DNA from: a virus
IMG/VR virus record: IMGVR_UViG_3300031964_000019
Span: 3,140-67,139 of that record
Length of the DNA stretch: 64,000 bases
Reading direction: 5' to 3' (one strand)
Shown here: positions 56,919-64,000 of the stretch, piece by piece
Position numbering within the stretch: position 1 is the first letter of the stretch
How the letters are laid out: every line of letters starts with the position of its first letter
Notes under the pieces: generated by a model
Told to the model about the DNA's origin: nothing
The model's input: only the letters and a program-made list of their open reading frames with translations
The model's database searches: none
Made by a program: the position numbers and the translations under genes

Positions 56919-57964
56919 GCGTGGACTACTCGCAACTGCTCACCTCGGAGTATTCGGGGCAGCCGAACTTCGTCGCGACCGTACAGCTCACCGCGAACGC
57001 CATCGGCGACATCACTTCCCTTATCCAGTCACTGCCGGCCGCATTCGACCTCGACAACGCAATCGCCGCGCAGCTCGACGTGGATGGCCAATGGATCGGC
57101 TTCGCGCGAACCATCGGCGGCGTGCTGATCGTCCAGTTCTTTGGATTCGCGGACGACTCCACCGCCCTCGGCTTTAGCGAACTCACCAACCCTTCCACCG
57201 GTGGGCGCTTCATTGAGCTCGGCGAGGACACCTCCCAGACCGCGACCCTGGCGGACCCTGAGTATCTCCAGCTACTGCGCGCCAAGATCCTCCAGAACAA
57301 CTGGGACGGCAGTCCCGGCGAGTTCATGACGGCGATTGCGGAAGTGATCGGCGTCCCGACGTCAGTCATCGACCCGGGCACCAATGTCGTGCTGATCATG
57401 CCATCCCAGACCATCGACCCGGTGTTGTCGCAGTTGCTGACCGGCTACGACCTGCTGCCTCGGCCGGCCGGGACCCGCTACCAGTTTGTATTCATGGCCA
57501 GCGGGTATGTCTGGACGACGGCCGGGACCGCGATCTCGCCCAACCTCGCGACCGTTGAGAAGCTGACGGGCACCACGGCGTGGGACTCATCCGCGTTTGT
57601 GGCCAGCCCCTCGACGCACATCTACCTGTCGTGGACCGTTCTCGACATCACTCACTACCTGATGGGCGGTCTGTCGACCAACCCGTCCGGCTCACCGAAC
57701 TACCCGACGCTCAACAATGCGATCTACAACTCAGGCGGCGTCATCGAGGTTTACGAGTCGGGCAATAATCAGGGGTCCTTCGGCACCTACGCCGCCGGCG
57801 ATACCTTCGCGGTCTACTGGGACGGCAAATCAGCGGTGTATCTGCACAACGGCGCGCCCTTCAAAGTGACCACGCCGGCATCGTCTCCCGGCTCGCTGTC
57901 TCCCATGTTCTGCCTGTACTCCGTTGGCGGACAGGCCGACAACATTCTCATCTCGACGGGTTAA
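56915..57964 (+). CDS. DUF2612 baseplate wedge protein with extra C-terminal beta-sandwich
   Basis: L.TSEY..QP.F...FDLD.A...QLD..G.WIG...Y..LLRAKI..N.WDG...LPRPAG, then about 150 further aa. Confidence 0.8.
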   Translation: MSVDYSQLLTSEYSGQPNFVATVQLTANAIGDITSLIQSLPAAFDLDNAIAAQLDVDGQWIGFARTIGGVLIVQFFGFADDSTALGFSELTNPSTGGRFIELGEDTSQTATLADPEYLQLLRAKILQNNWDGSPGEFMTAIAEVIGVPTSVIDPGTNVVLIMPSQTIDPVLSQLLTGYDLLPRPAGTRYQFVFMASGYVWTTAGTAISPNLATVEKLTGTTAWDSSAFVASPSTHIYLSWTVLDITHYLMGGLSTNPSGSPNYPTLNNAIYNSGGVIEVYESGNNQGSFGTYAAGDTFAVYWDGKSAVYLHNGAPFKVTTPASSPGSLSPMFCLYSVGGQADNILISTG

Positions 57965-57967
57965 TAC

Positions 57968-59128
57968 GTGACGCAGTATACAAAGCCAGCGGTCCGCAGC
58001 GCTTGGGGACAGACCGCGACCTCCGCTGACCTGCAGGACCCGGGCAACAGTTACGCGTCGGCTGGCTGGCAGATTGGAATCAAGCCGCCGCGCCAGTATG
58101 AGAACTGGGTCATCAATTATATGTTCTCTGGCATACGGTATCTGTGCCAGCAAGGCATCCCTAATTGGGATCCCTCAGAAACATACGCCTCAGCGGCTTG
58201 TGTCGTCTCTCCTGAAGGGTATGTCTATCGAGCAGTAACCAACAACACCGGCCAGAATCCGGACACGACTTTTGGAACTCAATGGGACGTGCCGTATATC
58301 CGCACGGCTGCCCCGGGGGATTCTGGAGGGCGGGTCGCCAACACGCAGTATGTATCTAACAATTTCCTCCCGGTAGGCACGCCGTTCGACAATATCGCCG
58401 GCCAGATCGGCAATAATCAAGTCCCCGTCGGCGCCGTGACGCAGTGGCAGGGCTCACTGTCGATCTCCGGTACTCAGGTCGGCAGCCCGGTTCCCTACGC
58501 CAACACCATATTGATTAATGGCGGCTATCGCACCATACAGTGGTCTGGCCAGTCCGGGCAGCCCAGCTACGTTATCGGCAGCAGCGACGGCGTCAACTTC
58601 CTCGTCTGGAATCCGGCCAACTTCGGCGTCGCCAACTCCCAACAACTGACCGGTTTGTCACCGAGCATCGCCGCAGCCGGAAGTTCCGTGATGGTGCGAG
58701 ATTCGAGCGGCTACGCGTACACCGTCTACTTCAACCAGTCCAGCCCGAACAACGAGAACCCTTCGATCAGCCAGTTCATGGTGACGAACGGAAGCGATAA
58801 CTTTCTGCGCAAGGCCAGCAACGCCGCCGTCGCGAACCTGCTCTCGCAGTTGGGTTTCCTCTCGGTAAATGGATTCCCCGGATCCGCTGCAGTCAACGGC
58901 TATCAGAAGTTCGACAACGGCATCATTCTCCAGTGGGGACAGACTTCTGTAAGCGGGACGGCCACTACGTTCTTCCCGATAGCTTTCACCAGCCGGGTGT
59001 TCTCCGTCGTCTTCACCAACGCGAGCAATACCAATCAGATTTTCCTCAACGGCCTGCCGAGTTCGAACACGAGTTTCAGTACGACGAACGGGACGGCCAA
59101 CCTCAGTTGGTTCGCGGTGGGGTTCTAA
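57968..59128 (+). CDS. Tail fibre protein
   Basis: GW..G.KPPRQYENW...YL.QQGIP.WD..ETY N-terminus; GYQKF.NGIILQWG...FPIAF C-terminus. Confidence 0.82.
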   Translation: MTQYTKPAVRSAWGQTATSADLQDPGNSYASAGWQIGIKPPRQYENWVINYMFSGIRYLCQQGIPNWDPSETYASAACVVSPEGYVYRAVTNNTGQNPDTTFGTQWDVPYIRTAAPGDSGGRVANTQYVSNNFLPVGTPFDNIAGQIGNNQVPVGAVTQWQGSLSISGTQVGSPVPYANTILINGGYRTIQWSGQSGQPSYVIGSSDGVNFLVWNPANFGVANSQQLTGLSPSIAAAGSSVMVRDSSGYAYTVYFNQSSPNNENPSISQFMVTNGSDNFLRKASNAAVANLLSQLGFLSVNGFPGSAAVNGYQKFDNGIILQWGQTSVSGTATTFFPIAFTSRVFSVVFTNASNTNQIFLNGLPSSNTSFSTTNGTANLSWFAVGF

Positions 59129-59131
59129 TAT

Positions 59132-59554
59132 ATGGCCGCTAAAAAAGGTTCGAGCAAATTCTTCAGCGCATCCACCGGCGGATTCTATTCGACCGATGTT
59201 CACGATGAGAAAACCCAGATTCCCGCCGATGTCGTCGAGATCAGCAATGAGCGTTGGCAGGAGCTGCTTCAGGAGCAGACCAATGGCAAGCAGATCGTCG
59301 CGGGGGTGAACGGGCAACCCACCGCAATCGAGCGGCCAGTCACCGCTGAGACCGTGCTGTTGCGCCGTGATCAGGCATTGCGCGAGAGCGACTGGCTCGT
59401 CGCACGGCACCGCGACGAGGTCGATTTTACCGCGTCGAGCACTACCCTCAGGGCGGACCAGTACATGGCGTTGCAGGCGTATCGTCATCAGCTGCGCAAC
59501 ATCGCCTCTCATCCTGATTTTCCTAACGTGACATTGCCGGCGAGTCCGGTATGA
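59132..59554 (+). CDS. Tail fibre assembly chaperone
   Basis: FFS.STGGFY...IP.D.VEIS...RD..L.ESDW...YR..LR.I..HP.FP. Confidence 0.85.
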   Translation: MAAKKGSSKFFSASTGGFYSTDVHDEKTQIPADVVEISNERWQELLQEQTNGKQIVAGVNGQPTAIERPVTAETVLLRRDQALRESDWLVARHRDEVDFTASSTTLRADQYMALQAYRHQLRNIASHPDFPNVTLPASPV

Positions 59555-59744
59555 ACCTTACGGTCGATGGCCTGGTGACCGCGATTCAATCGGCTCGCAG
59601 CCTGGAGAAACTGCAGACCGAATTGCGCGACGCCATGATCGCATCCCTCATGCAGCCGGCGAATCCTGAACTTACCGGGACGCCCAACCCAATAGAGTTA
59701 TCGAGTAGCGCAGTGCGCGCTCAGGGCGTTTTTCCCGGAAGTTG

Positions 59745-59786
59745 ACGGAGTGTCGCCAGTTGAGCTGGCGCGCTCCGTCCTTTTTT
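59745..59786 (+). terminator. Terminator-like hairpin between tail and lysis genes
   Basis: GACGGAG..CGCCAG-TTGAG-CTGGCG..CTCCGTC-CTTTTTT. Confidence 0.7.
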
Positions 59787-59848
59787 ACACACAAAAAGGA
59801 GGGATCGACGATGGAGACCGTGCAACGAGTGACGATGGGTCGAGGGCG

Positions 59849-60133
59849 ATGAGTGATTTTTTCAGCGACCCAAAGTCCGCCCTCATAGCCTTACTGGGGA
59901 TTCTCGGAGGCATCGTGACCTGGCTCTTCAAACGCGAAGTTCGGCGTATCGATAAAGCACTGGCCGAGAGTGTACGTCGGGAAGAGTTCAATCAATGGCG
60001 CGGAGATATGGACCGTCGGCACGAGGAGAACATCGACCGACTGGACCGCATCGAAGCGGCGACCACTGGAACACACAAGAGAATCGACGAGTTGTATCGC
60101 GACCTGGTCAAAAACAGGCAGTCGGGGAAATAA
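59849..60133 (+). CDS. Single-TM coiled-coil protein (holin/antiholin-like)
   Basis: ALIALLGILGGIVTWLF followed by KREVRR; directly upstream of the endolysin. Confidence 0.55.
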   Translation: MSDFFSDPKSALIALLGILGGIVTWLFKREVRRIDKALAESVRREEFNQWRGDMDRRHEENIDRLDRIEAATTGTHKRIDELYRDLVKNRQSGK

Positions 60134-60136
60134 GCC

Positions 60137-60616
60137 ATGGTAGATGAGGCGCGCCTCGAACAGTCGGTCGAAGGTAACGAGGGATTCAAAGCCGCGCCAT
60201 ATCTGGACACAAAGAATCTGTGGACTTGGGGTGAAGGCTGGTGCCTCGAAACGTCGCCTCCCACGGGCGCTCAGTGGAAGTATCTGCTCGACAACAAACT
60301 GGCGACGTTGTCGATCACGCGGGCCGGTGCTGACTGGTTCGTGCAGCAAAGACTAGTGGTAATCGAGGCGCAACTTGCGCACGACTACGCCGAGTTCTGG
60401 GCGTTCCTTGGAGGCGCCCGTCAAAATGCATTGGTCGAAATTGCTTACCAGATGGGCGTCACGAAGGAAGAGGCATTCCACGTCGCCATTCAGGCCATGC
60501 GTGAGGCGCGTTGGCATGACGCTGAAGTGGCCTTCCTAGATTCACTATGGGCTAAGCAGACGCCCGGCCGTGCGACCAAACTGGCTGCGCAGATCGGGAC
60601 TGGCGAGTTCCAGTGA
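60137..60616 (+). CDS. Endolysin, T4-lysozyme-like (GH24)
   Basis: E-x8-D-x5-T triad (EGFKAAPYLDTKNLWT); RQNALVEIAYQMG; WAKQTPGRA. Confidence 0.9.
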   Translation: MVDEARLEQSVEGNEGFKAAPYLDTKNLWTWGEGWCLETSPPTGAQWKYLLDNKLATLSITRAGADWFVQQRLVVIEAQLAHDYAEFWAFLGGARQNALVEIAYQMGVTKEEAFHVAIQAMREARWHDAEVAFLDSLWAKQTPGRATKLAAQIGTGEFQ

Positions 60617-60827
60617 GCAACGCAGGCCGACGCACAACGCCCCGGCGCGCCATCGAACTGGTGGCGATGTGCCCGGACCAGCGCGGCGTCGAAGGGTTCG
60701 CCGTAGCCGTCACGGTCGCGGTGCGCGGCCGAGGCATGAAGCGCCAGGTCTTCCCGCACAACGAAACGATTGAAAGTCTGGCAGGTGCGCTCTACGCGGC
60801 ATCCGAATGGGTGAGAGCGGGCGCTCC

Positions 60828-60908
60828 GTGAGGCGCACCCGGATCGTGATGATCCTGTCGCTGGTCTGCGGCGTTATCGGCGTCCTGCTGATGTACTTCA
60901 TTCCCTAG
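60828..60908 (+). CDS. 26-aa single-TM peptide (not in ORF track)
   Basis: GTGA-coupled to 60613-60831: MRRTRIVMILSLVCGVIGVLLMYFIP. Confidence 0.5.
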   Translation: MRRTRIVMILSLVCGVIGVLLMYFIP

Positions 60909-60916
60909 AGGCAAAC

Positions 60917-61150
60917 ATGCCAATTTCGTCGATGACCCATCGCAAGGCCGGAAACGCCCAGGTGGGCTTGTCCTATTTCTTTCTGGCAGGTTTTTTCGCC
61001 TGTCTGATCTTACAGGGTCTCGGCTACATCAAGACGGACCTGACAGGTCAGCTCGCTCCAATGGCCATGCTGGTGTTGTCGTTTTGGTTCCAGCGCCAAC
61101 GCATAACCGGCGGCGAGCCTGCGGAGCAACCCAACAGCCCAAAAGTCTGA
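60917..61150 (+). CDS. Putative two-TM holin
   Basis: GLSYFFLAGFFACLILQGLG and LAPMAMLVLSFWF, followed by QRQR. Confidence 0.6.
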   Translation: MPISSMTHRKAGNAQVGLSYFFLAGFFACLILQGLGYIKTDLTGQLAPMAMLVLSFWFQRQRITGGEPAEQPNSPKV

Positions 61151-61176
61151 TCGATTCCCTATATGAGGTATATCCC

Positions 61177-61608
61177 ATGAGTTTGACTATCGTTCCCATC
61201 GAAGAGTTTTCGGCCCAGCTGCTCGCGGGCCTGATTATCCCCGAAGGTCAAGGCGGCGTGGCAGCCAAGATCACCGCTCGCGCGGAAACCGCGCTGGCCG
61301 TCGCTACCGTCCTCAACGACATCGTCAGTGGCAATGCGGAAGGCGGCCTGGCTGCGTTCACGGCGCTGCTCAACGACCCCAACATGGACCCCGCTGTAGC
61401 GGGCGCGTTGCAGAACCTAGTGCAGTTGGGTTTCTCGCAAGCACAGATTGCGTCGAACGTGCAGAAGCTGATTCCGCTATTCGGCGCCAATGCGATAGCG
61501 GTCCTGACCAACATCGCGAAGGGCGTCACGACCGCTGCCAATCTCGAGATTGCGAAGTACGGCGCTCCTGCCACGACCCCTCCGGTCGAGACCACCGCAA
61601 CCACCTGA
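61177..61608 (+). CDS. Hypothetical amphipathic helical protein
   Basis: SD GAGGT before ATG 61177; A/L/G-rich helices. Confidence 0.6.
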   Translation: MSLTIVPIEEFSAQLLAGLIIPEGQGGVAAKITARAETALAVATVLNDIVSGNAEGGLAAFTALLNDPNMDPAVAGALQNLVQLGFSQAQIASNVQKLIPLFGANAIAVLTNIAKGVTTAANLEIAKYGAPATTPPVETTATT

Positions 61609-61617
61609 GAGGTTCAC

Positions 61618-62046
61618 ATGAAGCGACTCTTAATCGGCGCCCTCGCGGCGCTGGCGTTTGGCGTGGCAGAGGCTCAATCTGCCACACCGGCTCCCGTTAC
61701 TGGCACAGTGACATGGACCGCTCCTGCAAAGGATGTGAACGGCAACGCGGCCGTTGTGACCAGCTACAACATCTATGCCGGGACGACGACCACGACGTGC
61801 TCATCGAGTACGCCGCTCACCAAGGTTGGATCGACGGCTACCGGCGTCACGACCTACACGGCTACGGGCATCGTGCCGGGGACTACCGTCTGCGTCGCGG
61901 TGACCGCTGTGAATTCGGCGGCGTCACCGCCCGAGAGCGGCATGAGTAACGTGGCGTCGTACACGCCGGTCATTGCGCCACCGGCTCCAGGAACGCCCAA
62001 CGCGCCGACGAATGTGACGATCACGATCGTTATCACGCCGTCGTGA
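61618..62046 (+). CDS. Secreted fibronectin-type-III-like protein
   Basis: Signal MKRLLIGALAALAFGVAEA; VTWTAP, SYNIY, TYTATGIVPG, VAVTAVN...ES..SN. Confidence 0.7.
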   Translation: MKRLLIGALAALAFGVAEAQSATPAPVTGTVTWTAPAKDVNGNAAVVTSYNIYAGTTTTTCSSSTPLTKVGSTATGVTTYTATGIVPGTTVCVAVTAVNSAASPPESGMSNVASYTPVIAPPAPGTPNAPTNVTITIVITPS

Positions 62047-62885
62047 GTCGCGCGGAGGATGCGCGACTAGCGCTCCTCGTGCTTGCCGCGGAGGACATCT
62101 ACTCCGCGCAAGGACCGACTGCCATTGAGCCCGTCGTGAATGCCCGGATCACGGCGGACTGGATTTTGCGCGGCTACATCGTCGGCACGGATGCACTGTT
62201 TCGCCCGCTGGGCTCGCTGGCGGTCGGTTCGCAGCGGGTCTACTACGGATTGCTACTCGAATCGAACTCGGTTCCCGGGACATTCTGCGCGGTCGTACGG
62301 GGTACCGCGGGCATCATCGAATGGCTGGAAGACGCCGAATTTTGCCGCACGCCCAACAAGCGGATCGGCGAAGTCGAAGCGGGCTTCTTCGGTATCTACG
62401 AGTCCTTCACCTTTCATCACCCCAGCGGCTCCGAAATGCCAGTTGCGGCGTCAGTTGCATCCGTTGTCGGGGTCGGCACGCTGACCGTCATCGGCCACAG
62501 CCTTGGCGCGGCGCTGGCGACCTATTTGGCGTATGACGTGGCGGCCATGATTCCCGGCCGCGTCGCTCTACGCGTGTTCGCCAGTCCCCACCCGGGAGAC
62601 TCAGCGTTTTCCCAGGCGGTGGCGGCTGCGGTTCCGGATCACGCTCACTATGCCGGGGTGGCAGATATTGTGACAAAAGCTCCACTTGGATTCGGATACG
62701 CCCACCTCCCGAACACCGTGGAGCTCGCGCCGTTCAATCTGTCCATCCGCATTCGGATGAATGTGGGGTGTTTGCACCACGCCCTTTCCTATTCGTGTTT
62801 GCTCGATCCCACGGTGCTAGATGCCGCTCCAGAGGATCGCCCGTATACGGCTTGCATTCTGAGTCATTCCGGTCGAGTCGCCTGA
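62043..62885 (+). CDS. Class 3 lipase / phospholipase A1-like
   Basis: VVRGT lid motif, VEAGF, IGHSLGAALA (GxSxG), FASPHPGD, DIVTKAP, HH. Confidence 0.88.
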   Translation: MSRAEDARLALLVLAAEDIYSAQGPTAIEPVVNARITADWILRGYIVGTDALFRPLGSLAVGSQRVYYGLLLESNSVPGTFCAVVRGTAGIIEWLEDAEFCRTPNKRIGEVEAGFFGIYESFTFHHPSGSEMPVAASVASVVGVGTLTVIGHSLGAALATYLAYDVAAMIPGRVALRVFASPHPGDSAFSQAVAAAVPDHAHYAGVADIVTKAPLGFGYAHLPNTVELAPFNLSIRIRMNVGCLHHALSYSCLLDPTVLDAAPEDRPYTACILSHSGRVA

Positions 62886-62935
62886 TATAATCGACGGGCA
62901 GCACGGTGTTTCAGCACCGCGCCACCCTAAACACA
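62883..62935 (+). promoter_or_regulatory. Extended -10 promoter plus hairpin upstream of an HNH gene
   Basis: TG-A-TATAAT, then GGG..CGGTG-TTTCAG-CACCG..CCC-TAAACAC. Confidence 0.6.
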
Positions 62936-62957
62936 ACGATCTGGATTGGAGACCGTC

Positions 62958-63791
62958 ATGCCTGCGAAGAAGATTATCACGCCAGGAGAGCGGTTCGGGC
63001 TCTGGAAAGTGCTGGCAGAAGATCGAGATCGAGTTACGCCCGGCGGTCGGCCAATCCGGCACGTTCTTTGTGTTTGCGACTGCGGAGTGCAGAAAACCGT
63101 TTCGTTGCAGAATTTGACCAGCGGTCTCAGCAAGTCGTGCGGGTGTGAAGTTCCAATAACTCCCGGCAAGCGCTTTGGTCGTTTGACCGTCGTCAAAGAA
63201 TTGCCGCGTCACACCACCAGCGGCGGAAATGTCCAACGCCAATTCTTCTGCCGGTGTGACTGCGGCGAAGAAAGATCCGTTGTGGCCGGCGCTCTACGGA
63301 ACGGGCGGCAATCGTGCGGATGCTTGGCCTTCGAGTCAACTCGGAAACGATCGACTAAGCATGGTTATGCTGGCACTAAGCTCTATCTAGTCTGGAATAA
63401 CATGTGGCGGCGGTGTACAGAACCGACTAACGATCGATATGCGCAATACGGCGGTCGAGGTATTCGAGTCTGCGACCGGTGGGAAAAGTTCGAGAATTTC
63501 CTTGCCGATATGGGAGAGCCGCCCGCTGGCATGTCCATTGACCGGTACCCGAACAATGACGGCAATTACGAACCAGACAATTGTCGGTGGGCCAGTGCAA
63601 AGGAGCAGGCGAATAATAAGCGATGCTCTAGGCCCGTCACAATCGACGGAGTGACGAGGCCCATCACAGATTGGATTAAGGTGGTGGGGATCAGCAAGAC
63701 CGTGCTTTACCGCCGAATGAGGATCGGACTCGATCCGGCGGAGGCCATCGTCTCCCTTTCGGCCGCGCGAACCAAGCCTCCGACCGAATAA
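62958..63791 (+). CDS. HNH homing endonuclease with duplicated N-terminal CxC...SCGC domains
   Basis: G.RFG...V...C.CDCG...SCGC twice; YGGRGIRVCDRW..FENFLADMG...SIDR..NNDGNYEPDNCRWA. Confidence 0.9.
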   Translation: MPAKKIITPGERFGLWKVLAEDRDRVTPGGRPIRHVLCVCDCGVQKTVSLQNLTSGLSKSCGCEVPITPGKRFGRLTVVKELPRHTTSGGNVQRQFFCRCDCGEERSVVAGALRNGRQSCGCLAFESTRKRSTKHGYAGTKLYLVWNNMWRRCTEPTNDRYAQYGGRGIRVCDRWEKFENFLADMGEPPAGMSIDRYPNNDGNYEPDNCRWASAKEQANNKRCSRPVTIDGVTRPITDWIKVVGISKTVLYRRMRIGLDPAEAIVSLSAARTKPPTE

Positions 63792-64000
63792 TAAAAGAAC
63801 GCCCTCAGCGTCATCTCTTGCCTCGTGCCCATTCGGCGCATTCTACGGGGTCAATTAACCCTCTCTTTCAAATCTTCGATAATGGAACCTGCGCGAAATT
63901 CTCAGTCCGGAGCTTGCCCGTCGACCCGCTGGGGGTGTTTGTCTTTGAGACAATCGTATGCCGTAAGCTTCCCGTAGGCTGCTGGGTTCTTCTGGCAGGG

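Larger units (their letters stand above)
1..64000. mobile_element. Temperate myovirus-like phage genome, near-complete, excised/attP form
   Basis: Integrase plus attP, cI/cro switch, replication, terminase, portal, capsid, sheath/tube/baseplate and lysis modules in canonical order. No host housekeeping genes seen. Late genes end at 63791, converging on leftward reading at the window end. Confidence 0.95.

Noticed and set aside
59849-60133. i-spanin call for the TM coiled-coil gene
   Set aside because: Basic residues after the TM suggest a cytoplasmic C-terminus, it precedes the endolysin, and no partner lipoprotein is nearby.
1-64000. CRISPR array, cas genes, rRNA, IS elements
   Set aside because: No regularly spaced repeat-spacer structure, cas or transposase motifs, or rRNA-like sequence was seen by eye.
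63890-64000. Window ends joining into an exact circle
   Set aside because: The ORF leaving position 1 can be continued in an open frame at the right end, but there is no terminal overlap and another frame looks equally protein-like. This cannot be supported.

Overview
The window is almost entirely one GC-rich temperate tailed-phage genome, apparently in its excised or virion arrangement, because an intact attP with a tRNA-Ser-like 3' core sits mid-window beside the integrase. From left to right it holds: a leftward early region (C5 methyltransferase with an overlapping second subunit, thyX, a DUF1566 gene, int/xis, RecE-like recombination); a lambdoid cI/cro switch with five readable operators; replication and nin-like genes; terminase, portal and head genes; a contractile-tail module of the DUF1073/DUF2213/DUF2184/DUF4054/DUF3383/DUF3277/DUF2612 type; and a lysis region. 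About six free-standing homing-endonuclease genes are scattered through it. The most unusual part is an ~11 kb insert in the head genes (29761-41093, plus a paralog at 46236). It encodes a family of proteins sharing an uncharged ~20-aa repeat, several carrying carbohydrate-active or lectin-like payload domains, next to a methyltransferase-DUF115(Maf-like) fusion and a repeated CxxC-x9-HxC motif. Other notable items are a lysis region with a class-3 lipase and no visible spanins, an ATT-initiated tail-tube gene, a promoter-hairpin cassette shared by homing-endonuclease genes, and an orphan DGR-type target gene. All family assignments come from motif recognition by eye; no database searches were run.
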